Below are positions 18,951 to 27,455 of a DNA stretch of 53,305 nucleotides, piece by piece. The stretch comes from Candidatus Thorarchaeota archaeon. GTDB lineage: Archaea > Asgardarchaeota > Thorarchaeia > Thorarchaeales > Thorarchaeaceae. Below the pieces are notes generated by a model. It saw only the letters and a list, made by a program, of their open reading frames with translations, made no database searches and had not been told where the DNA came from. The translations under genes and the position numbers were made by a program. Location of the stretch: assembly GCA_046758445.1 (NCBI GenBank), contig JBHIAE010000021.1:1-53305 (forward strand), read 5' to 3'. Positions within the stretch are counted from its first letter, which is position 1. The number at the start of each line of letters is the position of its first letter.

Positions 18951-20900
18951 TCAAGAAGTCGTCTTCTTTCCGGGTTTCTTCTTGGCTGCTGTTGTTGAAC
19001 GCCTCTTGGGCCTCGGTGGAGCCAATTCATTCAGCAGCTCCTCAAGTTGTTTCCGCTCATCCTTCAGCTTGAACCTCTTTGCAGATTCAATCGCCTGTTT
19101 CAGTGCGCCTTTGAGCCGCTCCAGTTCTAACTTCTTCTCTTCAGATTTGGTCATTGCCGCGATTGCTTCTCTACGCCTCGGCAGGATACGAAGAAGTCCA
19201 TCTATTGCAGCCTCAGCCTCTTCTTTGCTGACAAGCTCATCTTTCGGCTCGGTTTCAGCGGCATCAAGGATTCTCGTTATCTGCTCATAGACACGTGTGT
19301 GTTCTGACAAAGCGCCTCTGAGGATAGCTTCAACTTCGCTGTCAGGTTCAGCTTCTTTGAGATGACCCCTTATCTTTGCCATAGAGTCCTCAAGGAATGC
19401 TTTGCGCTCATTGAGGCTGGTCTTCTTCCGCTCCATCCACCTCCATTCATTCATGATTCCGTGAATGAGCGTTATGGCCTGATTGACCGTCTCCCTATAC
19501 TTGTTGACCTTCTCCATGGCTTCTCCGAGATCGGCTTCCAGTGTGTCTGCAACGTCGGTCAATTGATAACTCAGAATGTCCCCCGCCTGGGCCTCTGATA
19601 GTACTCGACTCTCCTTGATTGCCATTGAGGCGTCGTCCCAGAGCCTGTCGATCACTTCGTCCTCGAGTCGCACTTGACTGCCGGGCTGAATCTGCTGAGA
19701 CACATCTCGAATCTCTGCAGATAGATCTCCCAGCTCCTGAATCTTAGACTTGAGAAGGGCCTTGCCAAGTCGATTACTCAGCTCTTCGGTCAGTTTCTGG
19801 CGCTCTTCAGGGACCTCCAAGAGTGCGTGAGTATTATCAATCAGGTTCTGAAGGGCTTCCTCATAGGCCGCAACAGCTTGGTGATGGTTTCCACCCTCAA
19901 AGCTTGCATCACCAGTCCGTTGAAGTTTGAGCACTGACTCCAAGACATCGTAGGGGGATGTTCTTAACAGACTGATCCCGATCTGCGAGTCGCCTGTTGA
20001 GTTGAGATCGAGTGGCATCTCACCGAGCATTATGGAGATGACTTGAACACCGGTCGATGTCGCCACATACAAATTCGAGTGGTCTGCATCTATGTGATGG
20101 ATCTTCCCGTCTTCAAGCATGAATCTACCAATCTCGTTTGCTTTCAAGAGATCCCATAGTACGATAAGTCCCGAGTTCATCGCTGCTACCAGGAACATAT
20201 CGTTAGCCCAGAGTGAAAGTATGGCATTTGATGATTTCTTTTGAAGTGTCTGCATGTGTTGCCATTCGACACGGTCCCAGAGACTAATCTCACCAGATGT
20301 CGTACCGACAATGATGAACTCGGAGTTGCCAGCAAAGGCTGAAGGGCGAATCTTCTCATCAAGCCGCGCAAGCTCTGTTGGGCCAGTGTTGGGCCTATGG
20401 AGCCAGACACGTGGTTCTTCCTTCTTCGCTCCAGTCAAGATCACCTTGTCATCAGACCAAAGAGTTGTTAGATCGGCCTTGTGAAGCTTCCAGCTTGAGG
20501 TATCATGTGTGTCCTTTTTTATTGATACCAGTCTGCCTTCACTTGCTCCCACATAGAAGTGATCGCCATATAGTGACGATGTAACAGCTGGATATGTCAG
20601 CTCAAACCAGCCAGTCATGCCCCACGTCTCTTTCTGCCACACGTAGACTCGACGTTCGCATGTGGCAAAGATCTGTTCTTCGTCGACATGGACCGCCAAC
20701 GGCTCCGTGACAGTTTCACCTAGCTCTGCAACCAGTTTCCAGTCATCCTTGGACCACACTCGAACTCTTAGGTCTCTACAGGCGGCATATAGAAACCTCT
20801 CATCGTGAGCAACATTCACCGCTTCAGCTTCAAGAATCGAAGCCACTTCGTGGCCAAGGGGCTGGACGTTTCCTGCACTGCCACCGGTTGAGATAGGCAT
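18951..20900 (-). CDS. WD40 beta-propeller plus TPR/MIT-like helix and long helical C-terminal region
   Basis: Repeats ending VRVW/VYVW/ISLWD/IVLWD over the first ~290 aa, then GDASFEGGNHHQAVAAYEEAL, a charged helical region and a basic tail. Confidence 0.8.
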   Translation of the reverse strand: MPISTGGSAGNVQPLGHEVASILEAEAVNVAHDERFLYAACRDLRVRVWSKDDWKLVAELGETVTEPLAVHVDEEQIFATCERRVYVWQKETWGMTGWFELTYPAVTSSLYGDHFYVGASEGRLVSIKKDTHDTSSWKLHKADLTTLWSDDKVILTGAKKEEPRVWLHRPNTGPTELARLDEKIRPSAFAGNSEFIIVGTTSGEISLWDRVEWQHMQTLQKKSSNAILSLWANDMFLVAAMNSGLIVLWDLLKANEIGRFMLEDGKIHHIDADHSNLYVATSTGVQVISIMLGEMPLDLNSTGDSQIGISLLRTSPYDVLESVLKLQRTGDASFEGGNHHQAVAAYEEALQNLIDNTHALLEVPEERQKLTEELSNRLGKALLKSKIQELGDLSAEIRDVSQQIQPGSQVRLEDEVIDRLWDDASMAIKESRVLSEAQAGDILSYQLTDVADTLEADLGEAMEKVNKYRETVNQAITLIHGIMNEWRWMERKKTSLNERKAFLEDSMAKIRGHLKEAEPDSEVEAILRGALSEHTRVYEQITRILDAAETEPKDELVSKEEAEAAIDGLLRILPRRREAIAAMTKSEEKKLELERLKGALKQAIESAKRFKLKDERKQLEELLNELAPPRPKRRSTTAAKKKPGKKTTS

Positions 20901-21370
20901 GTTCCGGTCCCTTTTCCAATTCCATTGCTGTATAAGTGGCTTTGGTTTGTCTTAATTCATCTTATGATATACGCCGAATGCGCATCTGGGGATTCATTCA
21001 CGATTTCTTGAAAAGGAATTAACCGTTCTCAATACCAGTGCGCGAAACATACTCCTATAGCTCGCTTCGTACAAGGTGGCCTCTTATCATATGTCCGAAG
21101 ACATGAGGGCGTGGGCATCTTCGAAACCTGGGTGAGCCCCCATGATGCTCAGTCGACCAGGAATAGCTACACAACCTACATTGCCAAGTTCTTTGTCATT
21201 ATCTTGACTAGTCTTGCGATTCTCTTGGTTTCTTCTAGCCTTGCTGGTCTTATGGTACATGCCGGTCATGGGTCCACTTCGTGCCATTTGAAGTCGCCAG
21301 CGAAAGATCGTACTACTCTCTGATTTGTGACAGTCCCCGATTTCCCCTACCTACAACTGAGTTACAGACT

Positions 21371-21405
21371 TGCTATTTAAAGTCCGAAGTTTCCACATGG
21401 AAAGT
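21371..21405 (-). repeat. copy 1 of a 35-bp TATA-containing direct repeat (putative promoter/operator)
   Basis: + strand TGCTATTTAAAGTCCGAAGTTTCCACATGGAAAGT, 30/35 identical to 22396-22430. The minus strand reads TTTAAATA. Confidence 0.65.
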
Positions 21406-21420
21406 TCGCCCGGGCGAACT
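21403..21420. promoter_or_regulatory. perfect 18-bp palindrome
   Basis: AGTTCGCCC-GGGCGAACT, directly adjoining the TTTCCA-CA-TGGAAA inverted repeat. Confidence 0.5.
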
Positions 21421-21551
21421 ATTCATCTAGGTTTCGTCAGAGTTCAAGAGGAGAGAACGCTGCTGCGTTCTAAGGGTGGCTTCAATTGAGCCTTAAAGGA
21501 CCATTGAGAGGGTAATTGACCTAATGTAGTACACTGACCAGGTCCAGTCCT

Positions 21552-22169
21552 CTATCCATTCTCTTCAACCTCCCAAGTCCTCATGAGATCAAGCTCTAGC
21601 AGACGGTCCATGATTCTTCTCGCCACCTTGGGAACTTGTTCCTCACACTTGGCCCCGGTGATCACGATCTTGCCGGAGCCAAATATCAGGACCACAGTCT
21701 TTGGGTCCCTCATTCGATAGACTAGGCCTGGGAACTGCTCAGGCTCATACATACTGTTCTCGAGTGTCATGACTGCCCGTTCGAGGTCCACGGGACTACC
21801 AAGACTGCCACTGGCCACGACGTTCTGCATTGTGATCGTAGGTCTGCCCGTTGTCCTGATACCGGCCTCATTGAGGCTCTTCACAATCTTGCGGACTGCC
21901 CTCTTGACATCCTTCTCACACTTGGCCCCAGTACACACCATCTTTCCGGTATGGAAGATCAGTGTTGCAGTCTTGGGCTTCTTGAGACGGTAGACCAGAC
22001 CCGGGAAATCTCCCGGGTCATACTGAACACTGGGCACTCTAACTGCTATCTCATCCAGGTCAAGTGTCTGATTGAGAATGACAGAGGCTACAATGTTCTC
22101 AATCCTGGTCGTGATCTTTGTTGTTGGCGTAGTGACACTCTCTGATTTCTCTACCTGTAAGAGAAACAC
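21552..22169 (-). CDS. tbp: TATA-box-binding protein
   Basis: Two TBP repeats: IENIVAS...YDPGDFPGLVYR...LIFHTGKMVCTGAK and MQNVVAS...YEPEQFPGLVYR...LIFGSGKIVITGAK. GTG start with GGAG upstream. Confidence 0.97.
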   Translation of the reverse strand: MFLLQVEKSESVTTPTTKITTRIENIVASVILNQTLDLDEIAVRVPSVQYDPGDFPGLVYRLKKPKTATLIFHTGKMVCTGAKCEKDVKRAVRKIVKSLNEAGIRTTGRPTITMQNVVASGSLGSPVDLERAVMTLENSMYEPEQFPGLVYRMRDPKTVVLIFGSGKIVITGAKCEEQVPKVARRIMDRLLELDLMRTWEVEENG

Positions 22170-22395
22170 AGGTTCTCCATATGCTTCTTTGTATTTACTC
22201 TGGGATGGATGGTTTTACATGGCGAGATCACTGAGAATCTCAAGAAAGAGATCAGTGATGGCCTGATTGACATACTATTCGAAGTCACTATGAGAACCCT
22301 AGCTATCACTAGACCAGGACGGCGCATAGAACCAGCAGTCTTGCATCAATCATCCTGAGGGCCACTACGCTGTCAGGTCCTATAACTCAGTCATC

Positions 22396-22430
22396 TGCTA
22401 TTTAAGGTCCGAAGATTCCCCGTGGGAAGT
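22396..22430 (-). repeat. copy 2 of the 35-bp TATA-containing direct repeat, upstream of tbp
   Basis: + strand TGCTATTTAAGGTCCGAAGATTCCCCGTGGGAAGT. Confidence 0.65.
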
Positions 22431-22436
22431 GTGACT

Positions 22437-22562
22437 CTACCGACGCTTCCGTCTGTTCTTCATCTTCCTGGCAAACCATCGAAGCATCCTCTCTAGCCGC
22501 CTCTCAAGAGTGTTAGTCCTGTAGATCGCCTGTGACGTCACTATGTCCTCCTCACCAGTCAT
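22437..22562 (-). CDS. small basic hypothetical protein (41 aa, or 34 aa from GTG 22541)
   Basis: Hand translation MTGEEDIVTSQAIYRTNTLERRLERMLRWFARKMKNRRKRR*. GAGGAGG precedes the internal GTG; tightly packed with the upstream ORF. Confidence 0.45.
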   Translation of the reverse strand: MTGEEDIVTSQAIYRTNTLERRLERMLRWFARKMKNRRKRR

Positions 22563-22568
22563 CGACTC

Positions 22569-22724
22569 TCACTCTTCGTTGTGATTCCGCGACCATGCCA
22601 GGGCCAAGATAGCAAGTGTCCAGGACACGAACACATCCCCCAGGACCAGGCCATAGAACAGGGCTGCCAGTGTGAACACCTCGAGTGCCGTCGGCCAGCG
22701 CAGTCTATCCCGGACCCTCTTCAC
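22569..22724 (-). CDS. small two-TM membrane protein (51 aa)
   Basis: Hand translation MKRVRDRLRWPTALEVFTLAALFYGLVLGDVFVSWTLAILALAWSRNHNEE*. The GTG start overlaps the end of the upstream ORF. Confidence 0.45.
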   Translation of the reverse strand: MKRVRDRLRWPTALEVFTLAALFYGLVLGDVFVSWTLAILALAWSRNHNEE

Positions 22725-22945
22725 TCCCTATCATCTCCTTCACGGTCTTGCACAGCTCTTCTATCCCAACTAGACCCCCCCTGCCCTTCACAACAGCGTT
22801 GTCGAGCTGCAGGTGCTCGTTGACCACGTTGTCCTGGATCGGGATCACGAAGAACTGCAGCCGCCTCGGGATGATGATCACGACCACGCCGTTCTTCTGC
22901 GGAGCCACCGTGTAGTCGTAGTAGGGTCGTTCCTCACGCAGAACT
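22705..22945 (-). pseudogene. 5'-truncated gene fragment of probable foreign origin
   Basis: Protein-like REERPYYDYTVAPQKNGVVVIIIPRRLQFFVIPIQDN... with strongly C/G-ending codons and no convincing start of its own. Confidence 0.4.
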
Positions 22946-23017
22946 TGCGTGCTGCAGCTGAAGCATGGGAACTCTATCAGTGCGGTTTTAATGACAAAGC
23001 ACGACATCTGCCAAAGC

Positions 23018-23155
23018 ATGACATCTAAGGATTTCGAGAAGGAATTGCTGGAAGCTTTGAAGAAGATCGGCGACAACATGTTCCTGGTTCAATCAACATT
23101 AGCAGGAATTCATTCGGCTATTATCAGGCTTACAGAGATAGTTGATTCGAAGTAG
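23018..23155 (+). CDS. small helical hypothetical protein (45 aa)
   Basis: MTSKDFEKELLEALKKIGDNMFLVQSTLAGIHSAIIRLTEIVDSK, amphipathic; TTTTAA box about 27-32 nt upstream of the ATG (leaderless-type spacing). Confidence 0.55.
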   Translation: MTSKDFEKELLEALKKIGDNMFLVQSTLAGIHSAIIRLTEIVDSK

Positions 23156-23344
23156 ACCTTTCATGCGGAACGTGAATTCAACCCTACCCACGAGTCCATT
23201 CGAAAAAAGCACTTAAGGTCGGTCAGGAATCGAGTCATCTATGCACCATGAAGTCAGTAGGCCATTCATTCATAAACTAAAGCCCGCTGATATCCATAGC
23301 TCGAAAATTGAACAGAGCGAGCCCCTAGCTAGGAGGTAGCCGTT

Positions 23345-26032
23345 TTGGACAGTCATGCTTGGAGAAGAGAAATCGACAAGGTTGCTGAGATAAAGGGTAT
23401 TCTCACATCACTGAATAAGGCACTAGAAGATCAGGCAGACCGCAGCGTCCGCCATCTATATGACACTTTGGCAAAGTTCTCAAAGATAGAAAGTGATGCG
23501 GCGACTGCAGGTTTCATGAAGAAGAGGAAGCTTTCCTCTCAGATGGACAAGGTGCAGAGTAACCTCGAAGAGGACTTCATGAAGTCTGTTAGAGATTTCT
23601 CCGACCTGTTGAGGAAGGAACATAGAGACACAGTTGCAGTGCTTCCAAAGCTCCAGACTCAGAAGCCGAAAGAAGCAGCGGCAATCTCAGCGTTGACTTT
23701 CCCATCAACCGGTACCGGTGATGCGAAGGACCTTGAAACTCTTAGGACATTCGCCAAGAACTTCTCTAAGCCGTCCCTAGATGTCCATCAGGACCTCGCG
23801 AAAGAGGGCAAGGAGCTGCTAGATGAGAATAAGCGTATTGTCGAAACCTACGAGAAACACGTCACGATCGATAGGGGAGAGGTGGCAACGACCACATCCA
23901 ACGACGAAGTAGCACATCTCTCAGTAGGAGATCTAATGACCATAATTGAGAAGCTGAGATTAGAACGTACATATCTCGATGGACGCAAGGACGAAGTGGG
24001 GAAGATGATAGTGACCTCCTTGATGACTGAGGTTGAGTCACTTCAGGCCTCCGTAGAAACGGCCTCACGTCTTGGGCTCGAGCTACCAATGGACTTTTCA
24101 AAGCAGCTCAGGATAATCGGAAGAGATGCTTCAAAGACGTCGAACCTCACGTCACTCATTGCCCTCGAGAACCAGCTTCACTCTGCGAAGGTGAAGGTAT
24201 CTGACATGCTTCGCGACCGCATCATTAACATGAAGCACGAAGTCACAACCAAGATTGTGGAAGGGGGAATCCCAGTCACCTCAGAGGTCATTCCAGAAGC
24301 GCCCACGGTGGGAGTGGAAGCGGATGATGTCGCAAGTCTTCTGTCCTCCTATCAGAAGATGGTTGAGTGGGAGGGACAGGTCAAGATCTCAATCAAAGAC
24401 CATGTCAAGGAGGTTCTCGATGAGGTTGAGAAGGCAACTGACGTACCAGAGGACACTGGAATCGAGGATATTGTGACGGTAAGAAAGTGGCTTGCTGGCG
24501 CAAAGAAGAGTCTGAAGAAGGCCGGCATTGATGACTTGGTCAAGACCTACGTTGAAGCTAGCAAGATGAGAGAGGAGTATAGGAAGAATCTCATTGATAC
24601 GATTAGGCAATACATCACCAGGTTTAACGAACTCGCTACATCAGCAGACAGAGTTCTCGACTATGCGCAACTCAGGAAGAAAGCGCCCAAGGTGGAGGAC
24701 CTCGAAGGAGGTATAGTCTTTCTGCTACAGTCTTTGGCGAATCTCCGTGGAGCCGTAGAGGATGGAGTTGCAACCTTCCGAGAGGCTTGTCAGCAGGAGA
24801 TTGAAGTCATTGTAGAAGACCTGCAGACCGTCAAGCCGGCATATGCAGAGATCTTCTTGCCGACTATCACCGAGCTTGATGAAGGACTCGCACGAATCGA
24901 GAAGCTGAATGAGTTTGGCGAGATAAGGTCAGAGATGAGGACTATCAAGGAAACAATCCTTGCGAAGGCAAAGGACTCACTCGAGAACCTAAGGTACAGA
25001 CTCGGTGTCAAGATAAGACTCGCCGCCGCCAAACTGATGGGTGCAGGCGTGGAGATACCTAAAGAAGTCCAAGAAGCAATTAGTGAACTGAATAGCGTCG
25101 GCGTTGCTGCTGATACTGTATTCAGCCTCCCTGCAATAGCTAGGAAGATGATTGAGATCTATGAACAGAAGATCAGTGCAAAGGTCATAGAACAACTGAA
25201 GGTAGAAGTCGGAAAGCTGGAAGACTCTTTCGAACAGGCCAAGTCAATCGGCGTTCCTGTTGATGAGGAACTTTCACTCCTTCAGAATCTGCGTGATACT
25301 CCTCCTGACGAGTTGGAGCAAGCGGCGGACTCGTTTGACAAGCTCATGAGCTTGACAACATCTGCAGCTGTTCACAAGAAGATCAGGACACGCGCCAACG
25401 ATGCCCACCGCCAGATCAAGGGAGCTGTTTCCATATTCGAAGATCAGGGCATGTCTGACTTCGTGGCTCGACTCAAGGGTCTCCTCGAGCAGGTTCCTGA
25501 GGAGATGGCAGTAGAATCGAAGCACATACAAGAGATTCTGGAGGTCTGTTTGACTCTGGCCAGTATTCAAGATGAGATGCTTCAGATGATTAAGAGCATC
25601 GCAAGTAAGGACAGGGAACAGCATCTGGATGAGATAAAGAGCAGGTCCGAGTACTATTCGACAATAGAGGCAGTCTACGAGAAGCATCCCAAAGACTTCA
25701 GCAAACTCATCTTCCCGCTGGACAAGCTGAAGAAACTCGAAACTGACCTGACTGATGCCGTCGTACTCGAGAATGCGATTCAAAACTTCAACGACGTGAA
25801 GGCACTGCGAGCAGAATGGACTGAGAAAGCTGAGAAGATGGATGACTGGCACAAGTCCATGAGAGTCTTTATGACTGGGTTCAGCCCTGCTGCTCCCCCT
25901 GAACAGCGGGAAACCTTCATAACTGATGCAGTCAAGAAAGTCAAGGAAACCTACAGCAGAAACGACATCAGTTCCTATCTAACTTGGGCCATTAGAGAGA
26001 TTGCTGATAGGATGGTAGGGAAACGGGGATAA
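23345..26032 (+). CDS. large all-alpha helical-repeat/coiled-coil protein, first gene of the tubulin-like operon
   Basis: 895-aa ORF rich in E/K/L/A with no TM or NTPase motif; AGGAGGT RBS before the TTG start. Confidence 0.85.
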   Translation: MDSHAWRREIDKVAEIKGILTSLNKALEDQADRSVRHLYDTLAKFSKIESDAATAGFMKKRKLSSQMDKVQSNLEEDFMKSVRDFSDLLRKEHRDTVAVLPKLQTQKPKEAAAISALTFPSTGTGDAKDLETLRTFAKNFSKPSLDVHQDLAKEGKELLDENKRIVETYEKHVTIDRGEVATTTSNDEVAHLSVGDLMTIIEKLRLERTYLDGRKDEVGKMIVTSLMTEVESLQASVETASRLGLELPMDFSKQLRIIGRDASKTSNLTSLIALENQLHSAKVKVSDMLRDRIINMKHEVTTKIVEGGIPVTSEVIPEAPTVGVEADDVASLLSSYQKMVEWEGQVKISIKDHVKEVLDEVEKATDVPEDTGIEDIVTVRKWLAGAKKSLKKAGIDDLVKTYVEASKMREEYRKNLIDTIRQYITRFNELATSADRVLDYAQLRKKAPKVEDLEGGIVFLLQSLANLRGAVEDGVATFREACQQEIEVIVEDLQTVKPAYAEIFLPTITELDEGLARIEKLNEFGEIRSEMRTIKETILAKAKDSLENLRYRLGVKIRLAAAKLMGAGVEIPKEVQEAISELNSVGVAADTVFSLPAIARKMIEIYEQKISAKVIEQLKVEVGKLEDSFEQAKSIGVPVDEELSLLQNLRDTPPDELEQAADSFDKLMSLTTSAAVHKKIRTRANDAHRQIKGAVSIFEDQGMSDFVARLKGLLEQVPEEMAVESKHIQEILEVCLTLASIQDEMLQMIKSIASKDREQHLDEIKSRSEYYSTIEAVYEKHPKDFSKLIFPLDKLKKLETDLTDAVVLENAIQNFNDVKALRAEWTEKAEKMDDWHKSMRVFMTGFSPAAPPEQRETFITDAVKKVKETYSRNDISSYLTWAIREIADRMVGKRG

Positions 26033-26051
26033 TTGAAAGGGGACACAACTA

Positions 26052-27437
26052 ATGTCAAGAGGCACACCGAGCGACGATGAGCTTACGAAGGCCGCAGAGG
26101 TCTTCGCAATAGGCATAGGCGAATGTGGATCGAATATAGTAGGGTCCTATCTGAAAGCAAGCGAAGATCGAAAGCTTCCTTCCAGGGTCAGAGGCTATCT
26201 TCTGATGAATACCGATAGGGCAGATCTTACCAAGGTTCGACAGAAGTACGGTATTCCGAAGGAGCACACGATGCTCTATGGTGCATCAGAGATTGGCGTC
26301 GGAGGGCGTTTCATGGACGGCTATAATGCTGTCCACGAGTCAAAAGACATCATCTTCAACCAGCTTGCAGATTTGGGATTTGAAGGTGTTTCAGGATTCT
26401 GTATCTTTACGAGCCTAGGAGGCGGCACCGGTTGTGGCGGAACACCGGCCATAATCGAGCTTCTGAAGCAACGCTTCCAGGAGGAGGAGGGCCGTAGAAT
26501 CTTCGTCTATGTGATTGGAATCCTTCCCTTTGAGGGACAGTCCAGCGAGGCTCTGAACTCTATCTGGGCAGTTTCCAAGCTACTCAGAGCCCAGCTGCAA
26601 GAACGAGGCGCTGATCTGACGATTCTTCTAAGCAACAGAACCATGCTGAAGAGGATTCTACAGTCAAGAAGGTCTGACAGTGTCGAGTATCTTCAACGTG
26701 AGCTTGAGATAGACATCGCAAATGTTGAGCAAATAGAGAAGATGGTGCCTTCTACTTTGGATGAGGGCGGAGAACTTGAGACACGTACCGAGCAGGCGTT
26801 CGTCGAACTAGTGAATCCGCTTGCTCTAGATGTTGTGGAAGCAATGTTGTCTCCAGGTGTTTATGAGCAGAACAAAGACGTGTTTCCCACAACGGACTTG
26901 GCTGACTACGCAAGGAAGCTAGACCCTGTAGTCGTACCTTCCCTGTATACGGATGTTGGTCTGATTCCTGATGCAGGGAGCATGCCAAAACAGCTCCGCA
27001 CGATGATGGATTATGCAGTCAGAGAGTGTTCATACGCAGACGTGGGGGACGAGCCGAATGCTGAGAGTGTCTACTATGTCTTCTCTGGACCAAGGCACAT
27101 CTCCAAGGCCGAGTATGGAATGCACTTGAAGGAGGCCCTTGATGGTTTCATCGCTCCAGGTGCAGCAATAACGCCTTGCTATGTGCAATATCTCGTTCCG
27201 GATCCCCAGACAAACCTTCTGGTCTTACTTGGCCTGCCCAAGATTCCAGAGCTTGTTCAGATCATCAATGAGGCCACGCAGCTAGTCAATCTTCATAGCG
27301 GTTCCTCACCGCTCAAACAAGGATGGTTCATGCGTTCCAAAGGCACAACTAGAAAGGAGCTCGTGGACGCGATAGCAGACTTCAGAGAACTGTTCTCTTA
27401 CTACATGACACCTGGTGATACAATGGAGCCGATGTAG
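26052..27437 (+). CDS. divergent tubulin/FtsZ-superfamily GTPase
   Basis: T1 IGIGECGSNI, T2 MNTDRADL, T3 GVGG, T4 SLGGGTGCGG, T5 ILPFEGQ, T6 ILLSN, T7-like TTDLADY. Confidence 0.92.
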   Translation: MSRGTPSDDELTKAAEVFAIGIGECGSNIVGSYLKASEDRKLPSRVRGYLLMNTDRADLTKVRQKYGIPKEHTMLYGASEIGVGGRFMDGYNAVHESKDIIFNQLADLGFEGVSGFCIFTSLGGGTGCGGTPAIIELLKQRFQEEEGRRIFVYVIGILPFEGQSSEALNSIWAVSKLLRAQLQERGADLTILLSNRTMLKRILQSRRSDSVEYLQRELEIDIANVEQIEKMVPSTLDEGGELETRTEQAFVELVNPLALDVVEAMLSPGVYEQNKDVFPTTDLADYARKLDPVVVPSLYTDVGLIPDAGSMPKQLRTMMDYAVRECSYADVGDEPNAESVYYVFSGPRHISKAEYGMHLKEALDGFIAPGAAITPCYVQYLVPDPQTNLLVLLGLPKIPELVQIINEATQLVNLHSGSSPLKQGWFMRSKGTTRKELVDAIADFRELFSYYMTPGDTMEPM

Positions 27438-27455
27438 CCTGGGGATGGTACAGAA

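Noticed and set aside
21087-21323. Overlapping 66-aa (-) and 70-aa (+) ORFs
   Set aside because: Neither has recognisable motifs and I cannot tell which, if either, is real. A non-coding transcript from repeat copy 1 is also possible.
21388-21405. TTTCCA-CA-TGGAAA resembling an archaeal origin recognition box
   Set aside because: The spacer differs from TTCCAGTGGAA, there is no G-string, no AT-rich unwinding element and no orc1/cdc6 nearby.
22150-22172. Minus-strand TGTGTTTCTCTTACAG|G resembling a spliceosomal 3' splice site at the tbp start
   Set aside because: The context is prokaryotic and an in-frame GTG with an RBS explains the start; treated as coincidence.
22226-22258. Hairpin ATCACTG..ATCTC/GAGAT..CAGTGAT in the tbp leader
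   Set aside because: A single modest hairpin with no family resemblance; it cannot be called an RNA element without covariation data.
21371-22430. 35-bp repeats as a CRISPR array or IS ends
   Set aside because: Only two copies about 1 kb apart in direct orientation, with no cas or transposase genes.
23345-26032. SMC/Rad50 or dynamin-like ATPase/GTPase
   Set aside because: No Walker A/B, signature motif or zinc hook is present.
26052-27437. Naming the GTPase ftsZ, cetZ or tubulin
   Set aside because: The motifs are mosaic and the gene context matches none of these, so no gene symbol is given.
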